From contig JBGTJG010000144.1 in NCBI GenBank assembly GCA_041745235.1, forward strand, positions 1 through 48,738: DNA of 48,738 nucleotides, given 5' to 3'. The notes under the pieces were generated by a model. It had not been told where the DNA came from. It did not search any database and saw nothing but the letters and a program-made list of their open reading frames with translations. The position numbers and the translations under genes are program-made. Below, in pieces: positions 10,294 to 19,807 of the stretch. Within the stretch, counting starts at the first letter, position 1. Each line of letters opens with the position of its first letter. This DNA is from Ferruginibacter sp. (lineage in GTDB: Bacteria > Bacteroidota > Bacteroidia > Chitinophagales > Chitinophagaceae).

Positions 10294-11733
10294 TCAGTCC
10301 TTAAAATTTTGTTCAACGTGAATCACTTCTGTTTTCACTGAAAATTTATTACGCAGATGCCTTGCTGTAGCATCAGCAGCATACACACTCCTGTGTTGTC
10401 CGCCGGTACAACCGAAATTTATTTCCAGATGTTCAAAATCCCTTTTAATATAATCTTCCACAGAAATATCTACCACACTGAATACACCCGTAAGAAATTC
10501 GTCCATCCTTGTTTTTTCTGTAAGATAATTTTGCACAGGTTTATCCCTGCCTGTTTGTTGCTTATGCTCATCTATTCTGCCGGGGTTTAATATTCCCCTG
10601 CAATCAAACACGAAACCGCCCCCATTGTCAGCTACATTTTTCGGATAACCGGTTTTCAAAAAAGAAAAGCTTTTTATCCTTACCGTGAGCGGAGAATCGG
10701 GCTTTGCTTTTAGGGGTTCAAATTTCCTGATCACATCATCAGCCACTATAATATTCAATACCCTTTCAAACTCCGGTACCCTTATCCCGATCCTTTTATT
10801 CTGCAGGAACCATTTTAAATTTTTTAATGCAAGCGGAATGCTTGTAAGAAAATGTGCCCTTCTTTCAAACAACCCGCGAAAGCCATATGCTCCTAATACC
10901 TGCAATAACCTTATGAGCACATAACCGTTATACTGGCTCAGAAACCTTTCCCTGTCAATAGTTTGATTAAGCTCTTTTTCCACACCCCCAATATAATATT
11001 CAAGCAATTCTGTTTTCCATTCATCAGGCAGGCCTGCTTTTGCCTGCCAAAGCAATGAAGCAACATCATATTGCAGGGCGCCTTTCATTCCTCCCTGGTA
11101 ATCAATGAAAAAAACTTTATCATCCTGCACCATGATGTTCCTGCTCTGAAAATCCCGGAACATAAAATATTTATGATCTGCGCGGTTCAGGAAATCACTC
11201 AATGCATCCAGATCATTTCCCAGCTTTTCCTTATCATATGGGATCTTCAATGTATCAAGAAAATAGTATTTGAAATAGAGCAGATCACTGAATATAGCTT
11301 GCTTGCCGAATTCTTTTCCTGTTATACATTTTGAATAATCCAGATCTTTATTCCCGTTTATCTGAAGCTTAGCAAGCGATAGGAGCGTTTGTTTATACAG
11401 ACCTTTCGTGTGATCATTCAAACCTTTAGTCTCCAGCACATTGAGCAAAGAATCATTTCCGAAATCTTCCTGTATGTACAATGTTTTGTCGGCATTCACT
11501 GCATGGATGCGAGGTACAGGGGCTCCCGATTTTTTAAAATGATCTGTAAAATATAAAAAGGTGTCCGTCTCCCGCAGGTTATTGCTGTATGTGGCTATAA
11601 AGTTCTTTCCGGAATTAAATATCCTGTAATAAACCCTGTCCCCACCGCTCTGCTGCAATTTTTCTATATCTGTGATAAGCTCTTTGCTGAAGCTTGTAAA
11701 AAGCACCTTTATTTGTTCCTTTACCTTGTCCAT
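10294..11733 (-). CDS. APH/AmgK-like phosphotransferase fused to a RapZ C-terminal-like domain
   Basis: SGGDRVYYR, RDFQSRNIM, IDYQ kinase motifs; C-terminal VFDCR...FGCTGGQHRSV. Confidence 0.85.
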   Translation of the reverse strand: MDKVKEQIKVLFTSFSKELITDIEKLQQSGGDRVYYRIFNSGKNFIATYSNNLRETDTFLYFTDHFKKSGAPVPRIHAVNADKTLYIQEDFGNDSLLNVLETKGLNDHTKGLYKQTLLSLAKLQINGNKDLDYSKCITGKEFGKQAIFSDLLYFKYYFLDTLKIPYDKEKLGNDLDALSDFLNRADHKYFMFRDFQSRNIMVQDDKVFFIDYQGGMKGALQYDVASLLWQAKAGLPDEWKTELLEYYIGGVEKELNQTIDRERFLSQYNGYVLIRLLQVLGAYGFRGLFERRAHFLTSIPLALKNLKWFLQNKRIGIRVPEFERVLNIIVADDVIRKFEPLKAKPDSPLTVRIKSFSFLKTGYPKNVADNGGGFVFDCRGILNPGRIDEHKQQTGRDKPVQNYLTEKTRMDEFLTGVFSVVDISVEDYIKRDFEHLEINFGCTGGQHRSVYAADATARHLRNKFSVKTEVIHVEQNFKD

Positions 11734-11782
11734 TCGTGTGAGATGATGAGTTGTAAAATTAGTTTATTTTAAGTGACGGATA

Positions 11783-12817
11783 GTGCACGGTCACTGTGTT
11801 ATTGTTAGTAGCTTTAATGAAATAACTCTTGAAACGAAACTGATTTTATCTGTCGCCCTATTTACATTATTCATGAATAATTCCTTTGCTCAATTTTTCA
11901 AAAAAGATGAATCTTTTGCACATACTTTTTCTATTGTGGCAAGAGATTCGAAAACCGGTGAAATGGCAGTTGGCGTGCAAAGCCATTGGTTCAGTGTAGG
12001 TACCGCTGTGCCGTGGGGAGAAGCGGGAGTAGGCGTATTGGCTACACAATCATTCGTGAATAAGAGTTACGGGATTAAAGGCCTGGAATTGATGAAAGCA
12101 GGAAAAACAGCACCTGAAGCGTTAAAAGAATTGCTGGCTCAGGATGAAGGAAGAGAAGTAAGACAGGTTGCTATGATAGATGCATCCGGAAATGTAAATG
12201 CACATACGGGTAAGAACTGTATTGATTTTGCAGATCACATTGTAGGTGAAAATTTCTCCGTGCAGAGCAGTATGATGCTGAATAATAAAGTATGTCCTGC
12301 AATGGAAAAAGCGTTTAAACTAAATGCTGATAAGCCTTTGGCAGAGCGTGTAATGGCTGCCTTGAAAGCTGCACAGGCTGCGGGTGGTGACATTAGAGGA
12401 AAGCAATCTGCCGCTTTGCTGTTAGTTGCGGGTAAAAGCAGTGCACAGCCGTGGAATGATCGGCTTATTGATCTTCGTGTAGATGATCATATATCTCCAA
12501 TTGCGGAATTAGAAAGACTGCTGAAATTGTTCAGAGCATACGGCCATATGGATAAAGGTGACCTGGCTACAGAAAAGAATGATATGAAAATTGCAATGGA
12601 GGAATACGGCACAGCTATGAAATTATTCCCGGCTAATCTTGAAATGCAATATTGGACAGCTATTACTCTGGCGAATAATAAAAAAATAAAAGAGGCTTCT
12701 GCGTTGCTGCAAAAGATTTATAAGAAGGATGGCAACTGGCGGGAACTCACGAGAAGATTGCCTAAAGTGAATTTATTGAATGTCTCTTCAACTGAGTTAA
12801 AGGAGTTGTTGCGCTGA
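11783..12817 (+). CDS. DUF1028 (Ntn-hydrolase-like) protein with helical TPR-like C-terminus; start uncertain
   Basis: HTFSIVARD...GVQSHWFSVG, AGGDIRGKQSAAL, DLRVDDH. Confidence 0.85.
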   Translation: MHGHCVIVSSFNEITLETKLILSVALFTLFMNNSFAQFFKKDESFAHTFSIVARDSKTGEMAVGVQSHWFSVGTAVPWGEAGVGVLATQSFVNKSYGIKGLELMKAGKTAPEALKELLAQDEGREVRQVAMIDASGNVNAHTGKNCIDFADHIVGENFSVQSSMMLNNKVCPAMEKAFKLNADKPLAERVMAALKAAQAAGGDIRGKQSAALLLVAGKSSAQPWNDRLIDLRVDDHISPIAELERLLKLFRAYGHMDKGDLATEKNDMKIAMEEYGTAMKLFPANLEMQYWTAITLANNKKIKEASALLQKIYKKDGNWRELTRRLPKVNLLNVSSTELKELLR

Positions 12818-12818
12818 A

Positions 12819-13127
12819 CTAATGTTCTATTTCCTTAAGGGTTTTCAATATTTCATTGGTGTCATCGTCAGAATAAAGGCCGTAGCCGTTTACCAATATG
12901 CCCTTCAATGCATGCTTCTCTGATGAAATGGCATACAGCATCGCTTGGTCGGAAGGGTCTTCATCTACATCGAAACGGAATGATTTATCTACCGTAAATT
13001 CATTTGCGAATAGTTTTTTATTTCCTGATATGCACTCGAGACAATTCTCTTTCAGATTAAGGTCTTCTGAATAGCCCTGTATCTTTAATGCATCAATAGC
13101 TTCTGATAGTGTTTCGTAGCTTTCCAT
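12819..13127 (-). CDS. Conserved small Bacteroidota hypothetical protein
   Basis: YETLSEAI..L...GY, RFD...DPSD..MLYAI, KGILVNGYG pattern; adjacent to the GNAT gene. Confidence 0.75.
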   Translation of the reverse strand: MESYETLSEAIDALKIQGYSEDLNLKENCLECISGNKKLFANEFTVDKSFRFDVDEDPSDQAMLYAISSEKHALKGILVNGYGLYSDDDTNEILKTLKEIEH

Positions 13128-13128
13128 C

Positions 13129-13425
13129 TTAAGAATAGTTTTCTTTTTCGGTTACCATTTTTTTCAGATCCGGATGTCTTTTTACATAGGTATCAATAAA
13201 AGCGCAATAGATTACCACTTTCATTTTCTGATCAGCAGCATATTTAAAAGCATATGCAGCTAAAGCATTAGCCACGCCTTTTCCGCCAATCTCCTCAGGC
13301 ACTTCCGTATGCAGTAAGAATAAGACAGAGTTCTTTATTTCGTACTGCAAAAAGCCGGTGATGCCTTCGCATTGTACTTCAAATTTATTTTCTTTTTTGT
13401 TGTTGGTTACGGTAAAGTTTTCCAT
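13129..13425 (-). CDS. Minimal GNAT N-acetyltransferase (YjdJ-like)
   Basis: HTEVPEEIGGKGVA, YCAFIDTYVKRHP. Confidence 0.85.
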   Translation of the reverse strand: MENFTVTNNKKENKFEVQCEGITGFLQYEIKNSVLFLLHTEVPEEIGGKGVANALAAYAFKYAADQKMKVVIYCAFIDTYVKRHPDLKKMVTEKENYS

Positions 13426-13526
13426 AATTAAATTTACGTTTATGCAAGGAAAGAACGTTGCATCTGATTAGAATTTCCTAGCCCCGCATATTGTCAGCTT
13501 TACCTATTTTTAATAAAAATTACACT

Positions 13527-14321
13527 ATGAGATCAAACCATGAAATAGATTATAAAATTTTCGGAGAGGAATTGCAGTATGTAGAAATAGAACTGGACCC
13601 GCAGGAAACTGTAATAGGGGAGCCCGGCAGCTTTATGATGATGGACAGCGATATACAGATGGCTACCATATTCGGAGATGGCTCACAGAACAGCAACAGC
13701 GGGGGCATTTTTGGTAAACTGATGAATGCCGGAAAACGATTAATAGTAGGAGAGAATCTCTTTATGACAGCTTTTACCAATACAGGCCATGGGAAGAAGA
13801 AAATCAGTTTTGCGTCGCCCTATACGGGTAAGATCATTCCGCTGGATCTCTCACAATTGAACGGAAAAATAATCGCCCAGAAAGATGCATTTCTGTGTGC
13901 GGCAAAAGGCGTGAGCATCGGTATAGAATTTCAGCGCCGGTTGGGCACGGGCCTCTTTGGTGGCGAAGGATTTATTATGGAAAAACTTGAAGGAGATGGC
14001 ATGGCCTTCGTACATGCAGGCGGTTATGTTTGTGAGCGAACCCTGCAGCATGGCGAAGTGCTTAAGATAGATACCGGTTGTGTAGTGGCATATACTGCGG
14101 GAATTGATTTTGATATTGAATTTATAAAAGGCATTCGCAATTTCATGTTCGGCGGTGAAGGGTTATTCTTTGCCACGCTGCGTGGTCCCGGAAAAGTTTG
14201 GATTCAATCTCTGCCTATCAGCCGGCTTGCGGGGAGGATCATGCAATATGGCATGGGGCACAGAAAAGAAGAAGGAAGCTTATTAGGAGGGATAGGGAAT
14301 ATGTTTGATGGGAGGGAGTAG
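13527..14321 (+). CDS. AIM24/TIGR00266 family protein
   Basis: HEIDYKIFGEELQYVEIELDPQE, GLFGGEGF, GPGKVWIQSLP; ATG at 13527 preferred over the track's TTG 13491. Confidence 0.9.
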   Translation: MRSNHEIDYKIFGEELQYVEIELDPQETVIGEPGSFMMMDSDIQMATIFGDGSQNSNSGGIFGKLMNAGKRLIVGENLFMTAFTNTGHGKKKISFASPYTGKIIPLDLSQLNGKIIAQKDAFLCAAKGVSIGIEFQRRLGTGLFGGEGFIMEKLEGDGMAFVHAGGYVCERTLQHGEVLKIDTGCVVAYTAGIDFDIEFIKGIRNFMFGGEGLFFATLRGPGKVWIQSLPISRLAGRIMQYGMGHRKEEGSLLGGIGNMFDGRE

Positions 14322-14338
14322 ATCGATAATCATTTAAA

Positions 14339-14372
14339 TAAAACTGCCCCGCTTTTAAACGGGGCAGTTTTA
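14339..14372. terminator. Bidirectional intrinsic terminator between convergent genes
   Basis: taaaactgccccg-cttttaaa-cggggcagtttta perfect 13-bp inverted repeat. Confidence 0.85.
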
Positions 14373-14391
14373 TGAATAATATTACTGTGTT

Positions 14392-15177
14392 TTATCGACT
14401 GTTTAATTTTGAGAGCAACCTGAGAATTTCTACATACAACCACACTATAGTTGCAAGAAGGCCAAATGCACCATACCATTCCATATATTTTGGTGCACCC
14501 ATTTCTACACCCTTTTCAATCATATCAAAATCCAGGATCAAATTCATAGCTGCTAAAGCCACTACAAACACTGAAAACCCTATTCCCAAAAGGCTTCCCT
14601 GAAACAGGAAAGAAGGCAGGGTTACATTAAAAAAGCTTAAGCCCCAGCATACAAGATAAAAGAGTGCAAGGCCTACAGTGGCAGTAACCACAATAGCTCT
14701 GAACTTTTGAGTAGCCTGTATAATTTTAAATTTATACAGCAGATACATTGCTGAAACTACACAAAAAGTTAATGAAATAGCTTGAATTACTATACCCCCA
14801 TATCCTCCCGCATATCCATCCTGTCTGCTGGAAACAGCATATTCAAAAAAAGCTGAAATACCTCCGACAAATAATCCTTCAGCTAAAGCAAATGCGGGGG
14901 CCAGATATGGGCTCCATTCTTTTTTAAAACTCATGATAAGTGCCAGGATCAGACCGCCAAATACGCCGATCAGGATCAGCGTCCATACATTTCCGCCTCC
15001 GGCAAATTCTTTCCAGGAATACCATGCAGATCCTAGCGTGAGCAGGAATAAAAACCCGAATTTATTCATAGTCCCGTTTACTGTCATAGCATTTTCCGAA
15101 TCCACAATGTCAGACAAGATGGAGCTTTGAAACTTTTTTTCCGAAAGAGCAGGGTTGCCCGATTTAAATATGGCCAT
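14392..15177 (-). CDS. Bax inhibitor-1/YccA family membrane protein
   Basis: About 7 TM segments; LILDFDMIE, EWYGAFGLLATIVWLYVEILRLL. Confidence 0.9.
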   Translation of the reverse strand: MAIFKSGNPALSEKKFQSSILSDIVDSENAMTVNGTMNKFGFLFLLTLGSAWYSWKEFAGGGNVWTLILIGVFGGLILALIMSFKKEWSPYLAPAFALAEGLFVGGISAFFEYAVSSRQDGYAGGYGGIVIQAISLTFCVVSAMYLLYKFKIIQATQKFRAIVVTATVGLALFYLVCWGLSFFNVTLPSFLFQGSLLGIGFSVFVVALAAMNLILDFDMIEKGVEMGAPKYMEWYGAFGLLATIVWLYVEILRLLSKLNSR

Positions 15178-15213
15178 TTTAGAATTTATTTTAAGCTTAA
15201 AATTACAAAAAAA

Positions 15214-16083
15214 TTATTTTCTGCTGAAACTGTCTTTCGAGATCCCCGGGTATTCACTTATTACCTCAAAATTATATTCATCCTTTTGTTTTAATAAAGT
15301 AATGAATCGATGAAGGCAGGCAGAGTCATCGGGTCTTTTAAAAGTGCGATCATGGGCGAGCAATACCAAATGGTCTTTTGTTTTCATTTTGTTATTTGCA
15401 AAGGCGATGTCAATACCATTTACCATTTCTATGTCCGTCTGCACAGGTTTTTGTGCATTATCATAATGCCATTCAATATCCCACCCTACCGCTGTGAAGC
15501 CGGTATTATAAATGCTGTCGGCTGCGGTAGCAGATCCCTTGAGATCTGTACTGCTGATATTTTCTGTGCGCCATATATTGCGACCGGGCGTGCGGATGAT
15601 ATTGTTAGCAAAATCAAGGCTGTCCGCACATCTTTTAAAATCACTAACCGCACTGTCCGGGTCGCTGTAAAATTTATTGTACCGGTTATCAAATGCATGG
15701 GTATAGCTGTGGTTACAAATTTCCAGCTCCCTGCATTGAACGAGCGAGTCATATATGTCATTCTGCTCACGGCTGCCGTAAACATGAGCGCCTACAATAA
15801 ACATGGTAGCTAAAACCTTTTCCTTTTTCATGATAGCCAATACATTTTTACTTCCCTTATCCGGACCATCATCAAAGGTGAGGTAAATGGTTTTTTTCTT
15901 CTTTTTTACAATTGAAGTTTTCACAGGCGTTACCACAGAGCTGTCTTTTTTAGCTAATGGCATTCGCAGAAAATTTACCTGCTTTCCTGATCTGTAAAAA
16001 TAAATGGCTGTAAATGAGATGGTGAGAAATGATGCTTTAAAAAGCATTGAGCTGTTAAAATAACCGCTCGTGTGGGGTTCCAT
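15214..16083 (-). CDS. Polysaccharide deacetylase (NodB/CE4)
   Basis: IYLTFDDGP, NHSYTH, RTPG, LLAHD. Confidence 0.9.
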   Translation of the reverse strand: MEPHTSGYFNSSMLFKASFLTISFTAIYFYRSGKQVNFLRMPLAKKDSSVVTPVKTSIVKKKKKTIYLTFDDGPDKGSKNVLAIMKKEKVLATMFIVGAHVYGSREQNDIYDSLVQCRELEICNHSYTHAFDNRYNKFYSDPDSAVSDFKRCADSLDFANNIIRTPGRNIWRTENISSTDLKGSATAADSIYNTGFTAVGWDIEWHYDNAQKPVQTDIEMVNGIDIAFANNKMKTKDHLVLLAHDRTFKRPDDSACLHRFITLLKQKDEYNFEVISEYPGISKDSFSRK

Positions 16084-16224
16084 GATGTTTTTTGATTTGA
16101 GGTATAAATGTATGGGGAAGGAAAATCGCTTCTATAACTGTCTTGTTAATAATTCATTAAATACAGGAATCACTGTCATGCACGTATTCAGATTTTCACA
16201 TTAGCGGATCAGCGTTTTTGCATT

Positions 16225-16232
16225 TACCTTTG
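16225..16232 (+). promoter_or_regulatory. -7 element (TACCTTTG) of pheS
   Basis: TAnnTTTG 4 nt before the pheS ATG. Confidence 0.6.
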
Positions 16233-16236
16233 CACC

Positions 16237-17265
16237 ATGGAAAACCTAAGGGGGCTTATTGAGAAATATAAGGGCGAAATAGCGGCTGAAACGGTTCAAA
16301 CCGCGGAACAAACAGAAGCTTTTCGCATAAAATATCTGGGTGCAAAAGGTCTTGTGAAAACGATCATGGGAGAAATGCGCAATGTCGCCGCAGAAAATAA
16401 AAAAGAGGCCGGTCAGCTTCTGAACGAATTCAAGGTTTTTACAGAAGAAAAATTTGCCTCTTTTCAGCAAACAGGAGCGGAAAGTGAAAGCAACACAACT
16501 TTAGATTTTGATGTAACACTGCCGGGTACACCGTCACCAATCGGTACCCGTCATCCGATAAGCATAGTCCATAATAAAATTGTTTCCATTTTCAATAAGC
16601 TTGGATTCTCTGTGGCTGAGGGACCGGAAATAGAAGATGATTTTCATAACTTCTCTGCGCTCAATTTACCTGAGAATCATCCTGCAAGGGATATGCAGGA
16701 TACCTTCTATATCAATCAAAACCCTGATTGGTTATTGCGTACACATACAAGCAGCGTTCAGATAAGGGAAATGCAGAAAGGTAAATTACCGCTGCGCATC
16801 ATTTGCCCAGGCCGTGTGTTCAGAAATGAAACCATCAGCGCAAGGGCTCATTGTTTTTTTAACCAGGTAGAAGGTTTATACATTGCAGAGAATGTTTCAT
16901 TTGCGGATCTAAAGCAGACATTGTATTTTTTCGTGCATCAAATGTTCGGATCTGAAATAAAAATTCGCTTTCGCCCTTCCTATTTTCCTTTTACCGAGCC
17001 AAGTGCAGAGATGGATATCAGTTGTTTGATCTGCAGCGGAAAAGGCTGTCCCGTTTGCAAAAAAACAGGTTGGGTCGAAATCCTCGGCTGCGGCATGGTT
17101 CACCCGAATGTGCTGGAGAACTGCGGAATAGACAGTGAAAAATACACTGGTTTTGCTTTCGGTATGGGCATAGAGCGTATTACTATGCTCACTTACAGGA
17201 TAAAAGACCTTCGCCTTTTCAGCGAGAATGACATTCGTTTTTTGAAACAATTTGAATCCGCATAG
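16237..17265 (+). CDS. pheS: Phenylalanine--tRNA ligase alpha subunit
   Basis: HPARDMQDTF, LLRTHTS, RFRPSYFPFTEPS, GFAFGMGIER. Confidence 0.98.
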   Translation: MENLRGLIEKYKGEIAAETVQTAEQTEAFRIKYLGAKGLVKTIMGEMRNVAAENKKEAGQLLNEFKVFTEEKFASFQQTGAESESNTTLDFDVTLPGTPSPIGTRHPISIVHNKIVSIFNKLGFSVAEGPEIEDDFHNFSALNLPENHPARDMQDTFYINQNPDWLLRTHTSSVQIREMQKGKLPLRIICPGRVFRNETISARAHCFFNQVEGLYIAENVSFADLKQTLYFFVHQMFGSEIKIRFRPSYFPFTEPSAEMDISCLICSGKGCPVCKKTGWVEILGCGMVHPNVLENCGIDSEKYTGFAFGMGIERITMLTYRIKDLRLFSENDIRFLKQFESA

Positions 17266-17368
17266 ATTCTTTATCTTTTTTGATAAGTATAATTCCGTTT
17301 TCCTTGGCACTTTAATTGACAAAATTATTTTCTCACATACAAATGTGATCTTCCGATAAACTTTACTT

Positions 17369-17860
17369 ATGAAAAAGAAACTCAATTCCCTGATAGCTGT
17401 TCTCCTTATCATTACAATATCATCCTGTTCATCATCAAAAAAAATACCCGCAACAACTTCGGCACTCACAGGTAGCTGGCAATTAAGCAGCATTACTACA
17501 GAGGGTGTGAACAACAGGATAAAAACAGAGATATTGGACGAAGCAGATTTTAATTGTTTTATAGGAAGTTTATGGCACTTTAACCGCAGAGATAACAAGG
17601 GATATTATCGCATCAGCAAGAACGGAACTGAATGTGCTGCAGTAAGGCGAAATATCAACTGGTCATTGCAGGATGAAGCAGGCATCCCTAAAATGCTTCG
17701 ATACACACGGGCAGATGCTAATTATAAGAATTTTTCTGACAGTACAGCTGGTCACCAGTTTACTCTGCTTTCCCTGGATAAAACAAGTATGCAATTGAAA
17801 AATGAAGTTTCTGTAGCGGGTAAACCTGCAGTTCTTACTTATAATTTTATAAGGAACTAA
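17369..17860 (+). CDS. Lipocalin-like lipoprotein
   Basis: Lipobox ISSC; LTGSWQL lipocalin-like GxW motif. Confidence 0.7.
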   Translation: MKKKLNSLIAVLLIITISSCSSSKKIPATTSALTGSWQLSSITTEGVNNRIKTEILDEADFNCFIGSLWHFNRRDNKGYYRISKNGTECAAVRRNINWSLQDEAGIPKMLRYTRADANYKNFSDSTAGHQFTLLSLDKTSMQLKNEVSVAGKPAVLTYNFIRN

Positions 17861-17940
17861 GAAGCAAACACCTTTATTTTGAAGAGTAGGTATTTTATGA
17901 ATAATGCCCTACATGCCTCCGGTTTTTTTACTTTTGTATT

Positions 17941-18801
17941 ATGATTAGAAAAGTATGTGTAGCAGGTGCGGGTACAATGGGGAGCGGTATTGCCCTTTCA
18001 GCTGCGCAGAATAATTTTGACACAGTACTTTTTGATACACAGCAAAAAGGAATTGAAGCCGCGAAAATTGCAGTTAATAAAAACCTTGATTTTCTTGTTG
18101 GCAAGCAGAAAATTTCTCCTGATGAAAAGGATGTAACCCTGAGTAAAATACTTTTCACCACAGATATAGGGGATTGTGCCGGCGATATCATTATTGAGGC
18201 CATAATTGAGAACCCGGAAATCAAAGAAAAACTTTTCACATCGCTTGCAGAGATAAATTCTCCTAATTGCATATTTGCCAGCAATACATCATCGCTTTCC
18301 ATTTCAGCCATACAAAAAAATATTTCGCACCCCGAACGTATTGCCGGCATGCATTTTTTCAATCCCGCACATATAATGAAATTGGTGGAAGTAGTTGCGG
18401 GGGATCAGACTTCTGAAAATACTGTTACAGCCGTTTATGATCTTTGTGTGCAATTAAAAAAACAACCTGTTATTTGCCAGGATTCGCCGGGGTTTATTGT
18501 AAATAGGGTAGCGCGGCATTTTTACCTGGAAGCTATGCATCTTGCTTCTGCAGAAAATATTCCGGTAGAAGATATAGATCAGCTGTTGGAAAATGCAGGT
18601 TTTAAAATGGGGCCCTTTAAACTGATGGACCTGATAGGGATGGATATTAATCTTGCTGTTTCTCAAACTATTTATCATGCATTCGGCAATGAGCCCCGCT
18701 TTAAGCCTGCAGCCATGCAGGAACAAAAAGTAGCGGAAGGAAATCTCGGCAGAAAGACAGGCCGCGGATTTTATGACTATGCTGAAAATATAAAGCAATG
18801 A
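17941..18801 (+). CDS. 3-hydroxyacyl-CoA (3-hydroxybutyryl-CoA) dehydrogenase
   Basis: GAGTMGSGIA, ASNTSSL, GMHFFNP, PGFIVNR, LGRKTGRGFY. Confidence 0.93.
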   Translation: MIRKVCVAGAGTMGSGIALSAAQNNFDTVLFDTQQKGIEAAKIAVNKNLDFLVGKQKISPDEKDVTLSKILFTTDIGDCAGDIIIEAIIENPEIKEKLFTSLAEINSPNCIFASNTSSLSISAIQKNISHPERIAGMHFFNPAHIMKLVEVVAGDQTSENTVTAVYDLCVQLKKQPVICQDSPGFIVNRVARHFYLEAMHLASAENIPVEDIDQLLENAGFKMGPFKLMDLIGMDINLAVSQTIYHAFGNEPRFKPAAMQEQKVAEGNLGRKTGRGFYDYAENIKQ

Positions 18802-19772
18802 TCCTGGTCACGGGCGGCAGCGGTTTATTAGGAAAGGCATTAATAGAACTGCTCATCGCAGCAGGGAAGACAGTAAAAGCAATTTGCCACACTACTCACC
18901 TGCCACTTCCGGAATCTCCGCAACTTATCATTGCAGCGTGTGACATTCTGGATGTGTATACACTCGAAGAAGTGATGGAGGGTGTCACAGAAGTATATCA
19001 TTGTGCAGGCCTGGTTTCTTTTTCTCCCGGAGATGAAAGGAAGTTATACGCAATTAATGCAGAAGGCACAGCCAATCTTGTCAATGCCTGTCTGGTTTCA
19101 GGAATCCGAAAGCTCGTACACGTAAGTTCCGTAGCTGCGCTGGGGCGCCTGAGGCCCGGGGAAATGATAACAGAAAAAATGAACTGGACGCCGGAGACAG
19201 GCAGCAGTAAATATGGACACAGCAAATTTATGGGAGAGATGGAAGTGTGGCGCGGTGTTGCAGAAGGCCTTAATGCTGTGGTAGTAAATCCCTCTGTGAT
19301 TCTCGGTGCCGGTAATTGGGATTCAGGTTCATCAAAGATCTTTAAAACCGTACGCAGCGGTTTCCCCTGGTATACAGAAGGGGTGAACGGTTTCGTTGAC
19401 GTACGTGATGTTGCTGCTGCCATGGTTGCATTGATGGAGAATGATATTACTGCCCAACGGTACATTGTCAGTGCAGAAAATGTATCCTACAAATTTGTTT
19501 TTACTGAGATCGCAAAATCGTTTGGAAAAAAAGTTCCTTCTAAAAAAATAACCCCCCTTATTGCAGGTCTTGCGTGGCGCTTAGCATCACTCAAAAGTTT
19601 TTTTACCCGCACAATGCCTTTTATAACAAAGGAAACTGCCGCTACTTCGCTTTCTGAAATTAAATATGATAACAGTAAGCTGTTAAAGTTGTTCCCTAAT
19701 TTTCATTACCGCCCCCTAAAGCAAACCATTACTGAGACATGCGCTGTCCTTCAACAAAACATTAACACTTGA
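18798..19772 (+). CDS. NAD-dependent epimerase/dehydratase (extended SDR)
   Basis: VTGGSGLLG, HVSSVAA, YGHSK; ATGA overlap with the upstream gene. Confidence 0.9.
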   Translation: MILVTGGSGLLGKALIELLIAAGKTVKAICHTTHLPLPESPQLIIAACDILDVYTLEEVMEGVTEVYHCAGLVSFSPGDERKLYAINAEGTANLVNACLVSGIRKLVHVSSVAALGRLRPGEMITEKMNWTPETGSSKYGHSKFMGEMEVWRGVAEGLNAVVVNPSVILGAGNWDSGSSKIFKTVRSGFPWYTEGVNGFVDVRDVAAAMVALMENDITAQRYIVSAENVSYKFVFTEIAKSFGKKVPSKKITPLIAGLAWRLASLKSFFTRTMPFITKETAATSLSEIKYDNSKLLKLFPNFHYRPLKQTITETCAVLQQNINT

Positions 19773-19807
19773 TGTATTATTTTCGGCATATCTCTAAAAT
19801 CCGAACA

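Noticed and set aside
12819..13127. Family often labelled phosphoribosylpyrophosphate synthetase
   Set aside because: 102 aa with no PRPP synthetase motifs; treated as hypothetical
16909..17598. 229-aa minus-strand ORF and other long antisense ORFs (e.g. 8686-9201, 15310-15813, 34806-35297, 38342-38875)
   Set aside because: Lie opposite well-supported genes and show no recognisable motifs
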